A DNA stretch of 63,950 nucleotides, the filler included, from an uncultured Methanoregulaceae archaeon (GTDB lineage Archaea > Halobacteriota > Methanomicrobia > Methanomicrobiales > Methanospirillaceae), in assembly GCA_964530035.1 (NCBI GenBank). It is 3 parts of 3 records of this genome, joined end to end, with 100 filler letters (N's around TTAATTAATTAA, not from the genome) between each part and the next. Parts side by side here need not be neighbours in the genome. Positions count along the whole stretch, not along the records: positions 24,620 to 48,760 come from CAZGXZ010000013.1; 2 more parts are not named here. One strand, given 5' to 3'. The notes beneath the pieces are model-generated. The model worked only from the letters and a program-made list of their open reading frames with translations, was not told the DNA's origin and ran no database searches. A program made the translations under genes and the position numbers. Positions 28,691 through 39,043 of this stretch are shown here, in pieces; positions within the stretch are counted from its first letter, which is position 1; every line of letters starts with the position of its first letter.

Positions 28691-30238
28691 GTGAGCAACG
28701 ACAAGCCTTCAACACGTGAAGGAAAACGCGGAAAGGGGGTGTTTGCCTCCGGAAAAAGAAACCAGGACTCAAAGATAAATCCTACCGGGACAGCTCAGTC
28801 CATGTGGAAGGCCGGTTCCGTTGCAGACCTCCTGTCAGACCGCTGTTTCCAGGGGATCATCCTCCTCACCATCATAGCTCTCGTGTTGCGACTGTACCGG
28901 CTTGATTTCAACTCCCTCTGGCTGGATGAAGCGGTCACCCTCAGATTTGCCCGGCTCCCCATGCCAGCGGTTTTCGATGTTATGGTACATGGCGAATACA
29001 ACCCCCCTCTGTTTTTCTGGGTCGAGCATATCGCCATCATGTTTGGAGATTCCGAGTGGATGCTCCGGATAGTACCCGCAGTTGTAGGAACCCTCACCGT
29101 TCCTGCCTTTTTCATCCTTGGGAGGATGTTTCTCGGACGTCCTGAAGGGCTCCTTGCCGCAGCACTCCTGACGTTTTCTCCTTTTCATATCTATTACTCC
29201 CAGGAAGCACGTCCCTATGTACTCGCCCTGTTTCTCATCACCGTATCGCTCATCTTTCTCCTGAAAGGGTGTGAATCAGGAAAGATGACCGAATGGATAG
29301 CCGGAGGGCTCCTTGCCGCAGCTGCATTGTGGTGTCATTTCTACGTAGCCGTCCTTATCATCCCTCTTTTTGCCTACCTCTTTCTTAAAACCTATTTCCG
29401 CACGAAAACAATGCTTTTACCGTGTATTTCAGGAATTGCGGTTTTTCTCGCCGCCTGTCTCCCGCTCTTTTACCAGGGGCTCAGGCTTGCTGGCATGAGG
29501 GTTGCAGGAGGTGCCGTTTTCGGGTCCCGGGGGCTTACCTTTATATCATCGGTTATGACAGAGTTTTCCTGGTATAACGTAGCCGCAGTACTCGTTTTTG
29601 TATTTCTCCTTGTGCTCGGGCTCTGGTCACTTTTCCGGCAATCCAAGGAGAAGGCTTTTTTCATCCTCTGCTGCGTCCTGGTCCCTGTCCTTGTAAGCAT
29701 TCCCCTTTCCTATATGATCCCGATGACCCCCCGGTACCTCATCATCCTCCTTCCGTTCCTGGCTCTGGGGATTTCGGCCTCTCTTAGCATGATTCAGACA
29801 ATTACCCGTAAGAAAACGGCATTTGTCCTCCTCCTCGCCATAATCGTGGTCATCAACATTCCCGCCCTCACTGGGTATTACACCGAAAACCAGAAAGAGA
29901 CCTGGAGGGAGTTTTCAGGATCCTTTTCACAGCTGACCGGACCTGGTGACCAGGTCGTCCTTATTCCTGGCTACATCGGCGAACCCTTTGAATATTATTA
30001 TGATTCGGATCGTGACGGCACGAGCATGAATGGGATATCCACGTACAATGACCTGATCAGGGTCAATGACCAGAACGGACGGACCTGGTTCATCACTACG
30101 ACCGACCTCGGTTCAATAGATGCTGAAGGCACCATGTCGGCATGGCTTCAGCATAATACAACCCGCGTCAGTCTTCCTGCCAATGGGATCTACCTCTCCT
30201 ACCGGGGTGGTCCCCCGGTAAACCTCCCTGCCCGATAA
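28691..30238 (+). CDS. GT-C (GT39/PMT_2-like) membrane glycosyltransferase
   Basis: LRLYRL...SLWLDE, NPPLF, FHIYYSQEARPY, PRY; many TM segments. Confidence 0.88.
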   Translation: MSNDKPSTREGKRGKGVFASGKRNQDSKINPTGTAQSMWKAGSVADLLSDRCFQGIILLTIIALVLRLYRLDFNSLWLDEAVTLRFARLPMPAVFDVMVHGEYNPPLFFWVEHIAIMFGDSEWMLRIVPAVVGTLTVPAFFILGRMFLGRPEGLLAAALLTFSPFHIYYSQEARPYVLALFLITVSLIFLLKGCESGKMTEWIAGGLLAAAALWCHFYVAVLIIPLFAYLFLKTYFRTKTMLLPCISGIAVFLAACLPLFYQGLRLAGMRVAGGAVFGSRGLTFISSVMTEFSWYNVAAVLVFVFLLVLGLWSLFRQSKEKAFFILCCVLVPVLVSIPLSYMIPMTPRYLIILLPFLALGISASLSMIQTITRKKTAFVLLLAIIVVINIPALTGYYTENQKETWREFSGSFSQLTGPGDQVVLIPGYIGEPFEYYYDSDRDGTSMNGISTYNDLIRVNDQNGRTWFITTTDLGSIDAEGTMSAWLQHNTTRVSLPANGIYLSYRGGPPVNLPAR

Positions 30239-30306
30239 ACAGGTATGTGGTATTCGATCACCCGCGGCGTAGTGAAGACGGTGGGGTTCAAATCTTTTCA
30301 TAAAGG

Positions 30307-30319
30307 TTTTTTTGTTTTT
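30307..30319 (+). terminator. Putative oligo-T terminator
   Basis: TTTTTTTGTTTTT about 70 nt after the GT-C stop. Confidence 0.4.
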
Positions 30320-30347
30320 ACACTGAATCTGGTACAATAGGCAGTAT

Positions 30348-32630
30348 ATGGCAGGGATGCTCCCGGAATTTCATCTGCCCGAAAGGGAACGACTTGGCGT
30401 GGCTTTCATAGCATACGCCCTTCCCCTGGTCCTCATCGCGATAGTCTATACGGTACCACTTCTTCTCCAGGGAATGGCTTCAGACTCGCATGACCTCATT
30501 ACCTACAGCCTCCGGTACGTGTCCTGGTCACAACACCCGTTTTCCAGCTGGAACAGTATATGGAGCGGGGGTATGCCCGTTGTGGCGAGTCCCCACGATG
30601 ACCGTTATTATCCGTTCAGCTTTCCATTCTACCTCATCTTTCAGAACCTTCAGGTCATGAACCTCATCCTCCTCGGGCATGTGTATGTCGCGTACCTTAC
30701 CATGAGGAGGCTGGCAGGTCTTGCAACAAGGGACAACCTCCTGCTGCTCCTTGCCGGCTTATCCTATGCCTTTTCAGGGATGATCCTGGCACGCATTGAT
30801 ATCGGTCATACTATCCTTGTATTTGCCCTTGCATGGCTGCCCCTCGTGTATGATTCGTTCCTGCGGGTCCTTGAACAGAAAGCTGGACCCACTGCAGGTG
30901 CACTCCTCCTGGCAATTTCATTCACGCTCCTGTTTTTTACGGGCGGACTTTATTACGTCGTTTATGCCTGCATTTTCATGGGCATCATCCTCCTCTGCTA
31001 TGCAGCGACCCGGTCTTTACCTCGTGGAGCGGCCATCAGCATGGTTGCGGGCGGCTCCCTGGCGTTCCTGCTCACGGCAGTCAAGGCAGTCCCTGACATC
31101 ATGATCTCCTCGTACCTGGAACGGATTGACCCCATCAACCCGCTGGCCGGAGGGGGGTCTCTCGAGGCAGCCCTGGCCTCTTTCGTCTCAGGGGCCTCCA
31201 TCAATCCGGTTTTCGGTCACTGGGAGAGTGCTGTCCTGGTGGGTGCGGTCCCTCTTATTTTTGCTTCGGTGACGCTGCTTTTCGGAAAACGGAAGGTCGC
31301 CCTTGCTGGTTTTGCCTGTATCCTCTTCGCGGTTGCATGGGCAGACGGAGGGAGGTCCGCCCTGTCATTCATTCATCTCATCCCGGTGGTTTCGGATTTC
31401 AGAGCCCCGGGAAGAATATTCGGGGCTGTCCTTCCGCTTGTCCTTCTCATGGCCGTGTACGGTGTGATGATCGTCGCGGACAGGGTCAGGAGAGGTGAGG
31501 GACTGACCCTTGACCACGGCGGGAAAAAACGTCTGATGTGGGGGGTGGGCCTCCTCCTGGCGGTCAAGATCCTGGAGGTACCCTGGCAAAAACCTCCCGG
31601 CATAGCCGAGGTTGGGGCAGTCGTGATCATCCTCGGGTTCCTGGCACTGGTTGCATCAGGGCGTGCAGATTGTAAGGCAATCCCGGCCTACACCGGCGTG
31701 GCGGTGGTTGTCCAGATTCTCATCCTTGCCGTTTCGCCCCCTGGTGCCCACCCCCCCGACCTTACCGGCGCGGTGCTCATTGCGGTTGTCATAACCGCGG
31801 GTTGTTATGCACTCCTGCAGTGGCGCCCACTCCCGGCCTCGATGAACTGGCTTTGCATAATCCTTGTCGCCAGTCTTATCATTTCAATCATCGGGGCCAC
31901 CTCCTTTGTTTCAGTCCATGATCCGGTGGTCAGCGGGAGCCCCATGAAAGCGGTGGTTGAGGAAATCACCCGGCAGGGCTCGGTAAATCCGCTGATCACC
32001 ATCATGGAGACCGGAAGAAAGTTCGAACACGGGGATCTTGCCTACTGGGCCGCTGTTGCCGGAATTCAGCATACCGATGCATACTATCCCTATTTCCTTG
32101 TCAATGCCCCGGATAACGTGTATCTCATCGATGGCACGAACTATTACCTTGCAGACTACCTCGTCGACACGGCAGCACTTGAAAAAGGGGGTGTACCCAT
32201 GGATAATGCGACGTTCCATACCGGGGGAGTTGCCGTGAGGCGGCTTTCTCCCCCCCTTCCATCGGCATTTGTCATGCGTGGAGGGTCGCTCGTACCATCG
32301 GAACTGAGCATTTTCACTCCTGACACGGTAGTTCTCTCTGGTTCATTTCTTGAAGGGGATACCGCGGTGTTGAAGTATGCCTTTGCGCCCGGCTGGACAA
32401 TAAACGGTATCGCCGCGACCAGGCTCAACAACCTGACCGCAGCCGCGCTCCCCGCGGACAGTTCATCCGTCACCTTCAGGTTTGATCCGCCCTATTTCCG
32501 GTTGGGAGCTGTCCTTTCGCTTGCCGGAGCCGCCTGTGCGGTCCTCCTGTTCATATTCCGGCGACGGTTCGACCGGTTCTGCGGAGTGATGGAAAACCCA
32601 AAAGACCCTGTGACTCCCTCACCCTCATGA
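30348..32630 (+). CDS. YfhO-like multi-pass membrane protein (GT-C fold)
   Basis: WNSIWSGGMPV, YAFSG, AWLPL, FRAPGR, C-terminal PGWTING...VTFRFDP plus TM helix. Confidence 0.75.
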   Translation: MAGMLPEFHLPERERLGVAFIAYALPLVLIAIVYTVPLLLQGMASDSHDLITYSLRYVSWSQHPFSSWNSIWSGGMPVVASPHDDRYYPFSFPFYLIFQNLQVMNLILLGHVYVAYLTMRRLAGLATRDNLLLLLAGLSYAFSGMILARIDIGHTILVFALAWLPLVYDSFLRVLEQKAGPTAGALLLAISFTLLFFTGGLYYVVYACIFMGIILLCYAATRSLPRGAAISMVAGGSLAFLLTAVKAVPDIMISSYLERIDPINPLAGGGSLEAALASFVSGASINPVFGHWESAVLVGAVPLIFASVTLLFGKRKVALAGFACILFAVAWADGGRSALSFIHLIPVVSDFRAPGRIFGAVLPLVLLMAVYGVMIVADRVRRGEGLTLDHGGKKRLMWGVGLLLAVKILEVPWQKPPGIAEVGAVVIILGFLALVASGRADCKAIPAYTGVAVVVQILILAVSPPGAHPPDLTGAVLIAVVITAGCYALLQWRPLPASMNWLCIILVASLIISIIGATSFVSVHDPVVSGSPMKAVVEEITRQGSVNPLITIMETGRKFEHGDLAYWAAVAGIQHTDAYYPYFLVNAPDNVYLIDGTNYYLADYLVDTAALEKGGVPMDNATFHTGGVAVRRLSPPLPSAFVMRGGSLVPSELSIFTPDTVVLSGSFLEGDTAVLKYAFAPGWTINGIAATRLNNLTAAALPADSSSVTFRFDPPYFRLGAVLSLAGAACAVLLFIFRRRFDRFCGVMENPKDPVTPSPS

Positions 32631-32655
32631 CGGTGGAGTGCACTATTCTTAACTG

Positions 32656-33612
32656 ATGAAAAATCTCACCGTCGCGGTACTCGGGTCCCCGGATTTCTCC
32701 CGTGATATCGGAAAAAAGGGTACGAGCTCTGATATAACCTTCTACAACCTGAAAAAAGGCCAGACCACGGTTACCCTGATTGAGCCTTCCCGGTACCCCG
32801 AACGGATTGCATCGCTGTTCTATGCAGTCTCGCTCGCTGACAAGGTTATCCTTGTTGTTGACGAAGTGAATGCGGCCCTTGGAGAAACCGTGGTCATGCT
32901 GGACACGGCCGGTATCCGGAACGGGGTCATCATACCGAGGAACTACCTCGCCCCGGAACAACTGGCACCCGTTTTCAAGGGAACGGTGTGTGAACACTAT
33001 TCTTTTTCCGGGGCTGATACCGCCGCCATGAGGGAGGATCTGCTCAGTGAAGCAGAGGCAACCGTACAGGCCGGGGAAGGTGAGAAGGGTATCGTCCCAG
33101 TGGACCATTTCTTCCCTGTGAAAGGTATCGGGACGGTTATCCTCGGGTGCGTTGAACGCGGATCGATACGGCGGCATGATACCCTTTCAGTTGTCCCCCT
33201 GGGAAAAACGGTCCAGATACGTTCCATCCAGGAGCATGATGACGAAGTCGAAGTGGCGTTTACCGGTGACAGGGTTGGTCTGGCACTGAAGGGGATTGAA
33301 CCGTCAGAAATTGACCGTGGTTTTGTCCTTTCATCGAACCCCCTGTTAAAAACCGCTCTCAACATCAGCTCGACCGCTGTCCTTGGAAGGTTCTGGCACA
33401 GCCCCCTTCGGGAGGGAATGGTCCTCTCTATCGGCCACTGGATGCAATTCCTCCCATGCCGTATCACCCAGGTATCGGGACCGGATCAGAGAAACCCCGA
33501 TATATCCCTCCAGCTTGAAAAAGACCTTGTTTTTGTCCAGGGAGACCGTGCCGTGCTCCATTACCTTGAAGGCGGGAAACTGAGGGTTATCGGCTCCGTC
33601 ACCCTTTCCTGA
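32656..33612 (+). CDS. EF-Tu/SelB-like protein (aSelBL type) with a degenerate G domain
   Basis: GKKGTSSDITFYN, VDHFFPVKGIGTVILG, IRSIQ, GDRVGLALKG, RGFVL; no GxxxxGKS/T. Confidence 0.85.
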   Translation: MKNLTVAVLGSPDFSRDIGKKGTSSDITFYNLKKGQTTVTLIEPSRYPERIASLFYAVSLADKVILVVDEVNAALGETVVMLDTAGIRNGVIIPRNYLAPEQLAPVFKGTVCEHYSFSGADTAAMREDLLSEAEATVQAGEGEKGIVPVDHFFPVKGIGTVILGCVERGSIRRHDTLSVVPLGKTVQIRSIQEHDDEVEVAFTGDRVGLALKGIEPSEIDRGFVLSSNPLLKTALNISSTAVLGRFWHSPLREGMVLSIGHWMQFLPCRITQVSGPDQRNPDISLQLEKDLVFVQGDRAVLHYLEGGKLRVIGSVTLS

Positions 33613-33682
33613 ACGGAAACGACCTGCACCGTATCCGGACACCTTAATTACCGGAACCCTCAATCATTTTGTGAAGATACGC

Positions 33683-34249
33683 ATGTCTGACATCATCCTG
33701 TGGATCATTATCGGAGTCGTTGTCATCGTTATCGCCGGCTTTGTCCTGTACGCGATAGGGATGTACAACCGGTTCTTCACCCTGAAGAATTCCGCTGACG
33801 CGACGCTCGGCCAGATCAAGGTCGCCATGAAGAAGCGTCTGGACCTTATCGAACAGCTCCTCGGTGCCGTGAAAAGCTATGCGGCATTTGAAAAGGACAC
33901 CCTTGAAAAGGTCACGAAGATGCGGACCTCAGTCGGGGCAGCAGGGGCGGGGGACCTCAACGAGATCGAGCGACAGTCGAAGGATATCCTCGGCCGTCTT
34001 TTTGCCGTCTTCGAGGCATACCCGGACCTCAAGACAAATACCACCGTAATGAGCCTCATGGATGCCTCAAAAAATGTGGAGGACGAGATTGCCAGGCAGA
34101 GGTATACGTACAACAATATCGTGCAGCAGTTCAATACCTTGTGTGACACCATCCCATCGAATATCATCGCCAGGCTCATCGGGATGATCAAGCTCCCGTA
34201 CCTCGAGTTTGAGAAGGAAATCGAAAAACCGCCCCAGATAGCCTTCTGA
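33683..34249 (+). CDS. lemA: LemA family protein
   Basis: N-terminal TM, YNRF, KKRLDLI, EAYPDLK, RYTYNNIV, PSNIIA. Confidence 0.93.
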   Translation: MSDIILWIIIGVVVIVIAGFVLYAIGMYNRFFTLKNSADATLGQIKVAMKKRLDLIEQLLGAVKSYAAFEKDTLEKVTKMRTSVGAAGAGDLNEIERQSKDILGRLFAVFEAYPDLKTNTTVMSLMDASKNVEDEIARQRYTYNNIVQQFNTLCDTIPSNIIARLIGMIKLPYLEFEKEIEKPPQIAF

Positions 34250-34262
34250 TGGAGGTACATTC

Positions 34263-36089
34263 GTGAGCGAACAGGGCAGGCTCGCGATACTGGTCATTGC
34301 GGCGGCTTTCATAGCGGTCGCCGCAATCTTCCTTGCCTTAGTCATTCCCGGTCTCATGGAGGGCGACCCGGTTGTCGTCTCCTACGATGCGGTTTATGGT
34401 ACGGATGGAAACCTGACCGAGCATTATACCTACCTTGTGAAAGAGGACCACCGTTTCAGGATGTTGTACAGGACCTGGAATGCGCCGCTTTCAGTAAAAC
34501 CCCTCCAGTACCCGTCAATAACCTTCAACTCCATGAAAGTACCTGACGGGACCATCGGGTATGTGAAGGACTCATCAGGTACTGTCACGCTTCCAGGTGG
34601 TTCTGACGGGAGTTCAACAGGCTTCATCAGCACCATGGCAGAGCTCAACGAGGCAGGGGTTTACAACCCTGCCTATTTCCCAGCAGGAACCTATGAGGTT
34701 ACCTACCGGTTTACCCTGCGGCCACCTGTTGAGTATGATGCAGCCTCGGGACATGTGAACATACGGCTCGCCGGGAACCACGTGCCTTACAAGGTCGTAT
34801 CAGTCACCCTCCCCTACATCGCCACCGAGGTGTATGCATACCCATCGACCCTCGCGGTGACCCGCCTTGGTGACGGCTCATGGAAAATAACCGGGACGGT
34901 GGAAGGTGACGAGGTGTTCGGGTTTGAAATGCTGACCTCGCGTGATGACGCACTCAGGCTCCCTGGTTTTGCGAATGCTGTTGAGGATGTGGCCGGGAAA
35001 ACCCGTGGGGCAAACCCGTGGTGGAGTTTCATACCGGCGGCACTCGCAGGGCTGCTTGAACTGGCAGGCGGGATCATGGTTGCCGCGGTCCCGGTCCTCT
35101 TCATCTGGACATACCGGAAATATGGGAGGGAAAAGGAGTTTACCGTGCCTGAATATCTCTCGTTCACGCCTGATACCACCCTGAAGCCCTGGATAGTGAA
35201 CCTCCTGTTCAAGGGGGATGCGGTCAGCTTCGACCAGGACGGTCTGTATGCAACCCTCCTTGACCTGCACCGCAGAAAAATAATCAGGATATCGGAATCA
35301 GATACGAAATCGTTGAGGATCGAGGTCCTTCTGCCGAAAGGAGGAGAGGACCCGTATGAAGACCGCGTGATCCGGTTCCTGTCCGATGTCGGCGGAGGGG
35401 GGGTTGTCGATACCAGGGAGATTTCTGCCATGGCAAGCGCAGCAAAAACCAACACCGCGGTCAGGTCCAGGGTCCTGGGTTTCCAGCAGGCCCTCACCCA
35501 GGTCACCTCGGTGAGCAACCCCCGCCTTGTCAACGAGTATATCGTCGATGGCAGGGACCATGTCACGCCCTACTTCCTCCTGGGGATCGCGATGGTTTCG
35601 GTTTCAATCCTGGCTGCCGTCCTGCTCCCCGTCCTTGCAGCGCGTCTGGTCCCGGCCGTCTTCCTGTGGGGAGGTGTTGCACTGTCATCGCTCGTGGCCT
35701 ACGCCATGCCGGCCACGTTCTTCGGGCACTGGAAGGGCGACCACTACCGGGAAAAACTCCAATGGGATGCCTTTACCAGGTTCCTCTCTGACATGGCGCT
35801 CATACGTCAGTACGAGCCTGCGGACATCGCCATGTGGGGGGAGTGGCTTGTATACGGAACAGCCCTTGGCGTCGGTGATAAGGTCGAGAAAGCCATGAAA
35901 GACCTGGATATCCATGTCCCCCAGGAAGTTGTCGCACCCGTCGGTTTTTACTCCGGGATCCAGGGGGCCTTTCTCCCGATCGCCAGCTTCGCTGTTCCCT
36001 CCTCCGGCAGCGGGGGAGGCGGTTTTGGTGGAGGAGGAGGGTTCGGCGGCGGCGGCGGCTTTGGCGGCGGCGGGGCGGGAGGTCGCTGA
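34263..36089 (+). CDS. DUF2207 family membrane protein
   Basis: Follows lemA; WDAFTRFL, WLVYGTALGV, Gly-rich C-terminus. Confidence 0.88.
   Translation: MSEQGRLAILVIAAAFIAVAAIFLALVIPGLMEGDPVVVSYDAVYGTDGNLTEHYTYLVKEDHRFRMLYRTWNAPLSVKPLQYPSITFNSMKVPDGTIGYVKDSSGTVTLPGGSDGSSTGFISTMAELNEAGVYNPAYFPAGTYEVTYRFTLRPPVEYDAASGHVNIRLAGNHVPYKVVSVTLPYIATEVYAYPSTLAVTRLGDGSWKITGTVEGDEVFGFEMLTSRDDALRLPGFANAVEDVAGKTRGANPWWSFIPAALAGLLELAGGIMVAAVPVLFIWTYRKYGREKEFTVPEYLSFTPDTTLKPWIVNLLFKGDAVSFDQDGLYATLLDLHRRKIIRISESDTKSLRIEVLLPKGGEDPYEDRVIRFLSDVGGGGVVDTREISAMASAAKTNTAVRSRVLGFQQALTQVTSVSNPRLVNEYIVDGRDHVTPYFLLGIAMVSVSILAAVLLPVLAARLVPAVFLWGGVALSSLVAYAMPATFFGHWKGDHYREKLQWDAFTRFLSDMALIRQYEPADIAMWGEWLVYGTALGVGDKVEKAMKDLDIHVPQEVVAPVGFYSGIQGAFLPIASFAVPSSGSGGGGFGGGGGFGGGGGFGGGGAGGR
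36013..36086 (+). repeat. Coding low-complexity Gly-rich repeat (GGGG[G]F x3)
   Basis: GGGGFGGGGGFGGGGGFGGGGAGGR at the end of the DUF2207 protein. Confidence 0.8.
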
Positions 36090-36092
36090 GCC

Positions 36093-36557
36093 ATGGAATA
36101 CAGTGAAGGAAGACCCGGCAGGATTTTTTTCTCCAGGTTCGAACATGGTGAAGATTTATTGTCGGGAATCAGGAGCCTGTGCCGCAAGGAAGCAATCCGG
36201 TTCGGGACGGTCCAGGTCATTGGAGCCCTGCTGAACGGGACGATGGTCTGTGGGCCAAGAGAACCGGTCCTTCCCCCCGTCCAGGTTTCACGCCCCTTTT
36301 CAGCGGGATGGGAGGTTATCGGCTTCGGGGTCATCCTGCCGGGGGCTGATGGACCGCGTGTTCACCTGCATGCTTCTGTGGGCCGGGGAGGGGAGGTCAT
36401 CACGGGCTGTTTGAGGGCTTCACCTGCCATTTACCTTACCATAGAAGCGGTGATTACCGAGGTTGAGGGTATCGGCGGTACCCTCTTACCTGACAGCCGG
36501 TCGGGACAGGTCCTCCCGCATTACGACTGCCGCCTTGAGACTGACAGCCATCCCTAG
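36093..36557 (+). CDS. PPC / DUF296 domain protein
   Basis: GEDLL, IGAL, VHLHASVG, GCL, EAVITE. Confidence 0.88.
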   Translation: MEYSEGRPGRIFFSRFEHGEDLLSGIRSLCRKEAIRFGTVQVIGALLNGTMVCGPREPVLPPVQVSRPFSAGWEVIGFGVILPGADGPRVHLHASVGRGGEVITGCLRASPAIYLTIEAVITEVEGIGGTLLPDSRSGQVLPHYDCRLETDSHP

Positions 36558-36563
36558 CTGCTG

Positions 36564-38390
36564 ATGACGCATAACCAGCCCCAATACCTCCCCATGTCGA
36601 TGGAGGAAGCAGAAAAACAAGACATAGACCAGTTTGATAGTATCCTCGTCACCGGGGACGCCTATGTCGACCACCCTTCGTTCGGGACGGCCGTTATCGG
36701 CAGAGTGCTGTGGGACGCAGGGTATACCGTCGGCATTATTGCCCAGCCTGACTGGAAAGACCCGGGATGCATCATGCAACTCGGAAAACCAAGGCTTTTT
36801 TTTGGGATCTCGGCAGGAAATGTCGACTCGATGGTCGCCCGTTATGCCCCGTCGGGACGGGCGCGGGCTCTTGATTCGTATTCTCCTGCAGGAGTAATCA
36901 GGAGGCCTGACCGGGCATCCCTCGTATATGCTGACCTTGTTCATGCCAGGTTTCCGAAAACACCCATTGTGCTTGGCGGTCTCGAGGCAAGCCTCCGAAG
37001 GTTTGCCCATTATGATGCGTGGGATGGCCGTGTACGCCAGTCAATCCTTGCCGATGCGCCGGCCGACATGATCGTGTTTGGCATGGCAGAACGCCAGGTG
37101 GTCACCATTGCGGAGCGCCTCCGGTCAGGGACCCCGATAGGAGAGATACGTGACATCCCGGGCACAGTCTGGAAGCAGGCCCCGAAATCATGGCGTCTCG
37201 ACCCTCTCCCGGGCTCCGTCCTGCTCCCTTCGTTCGACGAAGTTTCTTCGGACCCCTGGGCGTATGCCAGGGCGTTCAGCCTCCACCATGCAGAGCAGGA
37301 CCCGTTCCACGGGAGGTGCGTTGTCCAGCCGCATAAGAAAACGGTTATCATCCAGAACCCGCCGGCGCACCCTCTTGCCACGGACGAGCTTGACCATGTG
37401 TACGAACTTCCCTACACGCGCAGGGCGCACCCCTCCTACCGGGAACCCATTCCCGCACTGGAAACAGTACGCTTTTCCATAACCTCCCACAGAGGTTGTT
37501 TCGGGGGGTGTTCCTTCTGTTCGCTCACCCACCACCAGGGCAAGATCATCCAGAGCAGGAGCCCGGGCTCAATCGAACGTGAAGCACGGGCGATTGCTGC
37601 CATGCCAGGGTTCACCGGGACGATAACCGATGTTGGCGGCCCCTCGGCAAACATGTACGGCATGTCATGCAGCAGGTGGTACTCGCAGGGGACCTGCCCT
37701 GATCGGGACTGCCTTTCCTGTGCGTCCAGGGGTGACGGACATGGAACATGGCTTTCCCTGCTCCAAAGAATTCAGGAGATCCCGAAGGTCAGGCATGTGT
37801 TTGTTTCATCCGGGATCCGCTATGACCTCATCCCGTCCATACCTGTCCTTCAGCAGATTTGCGACCGGCATGTATCAGGCCACCTCAAGGTCGCACCCGA
37901 GCACATTGCGGATGAGGTCCTGGTATTGATGAGAAAGCCCCGTGCCGCTGCTTTTCTCTCATTTCTGAAGGAGTTTGAAAAAATTCAGCATGGCAGGAAA
38001 AAACGTCAGTATATTGTCCCTTACCTCATGTCAGGGCATCCGGGCTGCACTATACGGCACATGATCACTCTTGTCGAGTTTCTCATGGCGAACCATGTAT
38101 CCGTCGAACAGGTCCAGGATTTCACACCTACTCCCATGACTGCATCCACCTGCATGTTTCATACCGGGATCAACCCGTTTACCCTGGAGAAGGTCCATGT
38201 GCCAAAAGGTCGCGAAAAGAAGATACAAAGGGCTTTCCTGGGGTACCGGGACCCTGCCAACTCAGGGCTCATCCGTGAAGGACTGATTGAGGCAGGGCGG
38301 ACGGACCTCATAGGCAATGGGCCCTGCTGTCTAGTCCCCTCCCCGAGGGCGGGAGAGCTGTCCGGAACGATGAGACGGTGGGACCGTTGA
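36564..38390 (+). CDS. ygiQ: YgiQ family radical SAM protein
   Basis: GDAYVDHPSFG, EASLRRFAHYD, RGCFGGCSFC, DVGGPSANMY, LKVAPEH, QVQDFTPTPMT. Confidence 0.93.
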   Translation: MTHNQPQYLPMSMEEAEKQDIDQFDSILVTGDAYVDHPSFGTAVIGRVLWDAGYTVGIIAQPDWKDPGCIMQLGKPRLFFGISAGNVDSMVARYAPSGRARALDSYSPAGVIRRPDRASLVYADLVHARFPKTPIVLGGLEASLRRFAHYDAWDGRVRQSILADAPADMIVFGMAERQVVTIAERLRSGTPIGEIRDIPGTVWKQAPKSWRLDPLPGSVLLPSFDEVSSDPWAYARAFSLHHAEQDPFHGRCVVQPHKKTVIIQNPPAHPLATDELDHVYELPYTRRAHPSYREPIPALETVRFSITSHRGCFGGCSFCSLTHHQGKIIQSRSPGSIEREARAIAAMPGFTGTITDVGGPSANMYGMSCSRWYSQGTCPDRDCLSCASRGDGHGTWLSLLQRIQEIPKVRHVFVSSGIRYDLIPSIPVLQQICDRHVSGHLKVAPEHIADEVLVLMRKPRAAAFLSFLKEFEKIQHGRKKRQYIVPYLMSGHPGCTIRHMITLVEFLMANHVSVEQVQDFTPTPMTASTCMFHTGINPFTLEKVHVPKGREKKIQRAFLGYRDPANSGLIREGLIEAGRTDLIGNGPCCLVPSPRAGELSGTMRRWDR

Positions 38391-38395
38391 AGGGG

Positions 38396-38842
38396 TTACT
38401 CCTGGCAGGTGGGCTCCTCTACACCATCATTGTCGCACGAGACGCATTGGGCGAGTTTTTCATCCATGATCCGGTATGAGTTCGCCAGGACCGACGAGTT
38501 CGAAATCAGACCTGCAAGCAGGATAACTTCAAGGATCTCCTCCCTGGAAGCCCCCTTTTTCAATGCTGCCTGCATGTGATACCCGGTGCAGTGCTGGCAC
38601 CGGAGTGCCGCTCCGACGGCGAGGCTGATCAGTTCAACATACTTTGGGTCGAGGGATGACATCTTGGCAACACTGGTTTTATACAGGAGGTGAGAGATGA
38701 GCGCTTCGGGGTGTTCCGCCATCCGCCTGAAAATCAGCGGTGTCTTGCCGTACTCCTCCTCGATATTGTCCATCCATTCCTCGCTGGTCTTTTCAACCCC
38801 TTTGTCGGCTATGGTATGCAACAGGTCTTCAAAATGGGCCAT
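38396..38842 (-). CDS. Carboxymuconolactone decarboxylase / AhpD-like protein
   Basis: LDPKYVELISLAVGAALRCQHCTGYH...GASREEILE. Confidence 0.88.
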   Translation of the reverse strand: MAHFEDLLHTIADKGVEKTSEEWMDNIEEEYGKTPLIFRRMAEHPEALISHLLYKTSVAKMSSLDPKYVELISLAVGAALRCQHCTGYHMQAALKKGASREEILEVILLAGLISNSSVLANSYRIMDEKLAQCVSCDNDGVEEPTCQE

Positions 38843-39043
38843 GAGGGAATGGTAGGTGCTATGACTACCTAAAGATGGGTTTCCTGGAAAAACAGGAATT
38901 CGCCGGTCTTCTGGAAACCAAGGCCCGGCGTTGAGATATTCCATCCCCCGTTGAAATCTTCAGGAGAGGACGGCCCCGACCGTGAAGTCCATACCGATCA
39001 TGCAACGCTCATGGTTGATGAAGAGACGAGGTCTGAAAAAAGA

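Noticed and set aside
36013..36086. GGC-rich repeat as microsatellite or phase-variable tract
   Set aside because: Mixed Gly codons; a normal DUF2207 tail.
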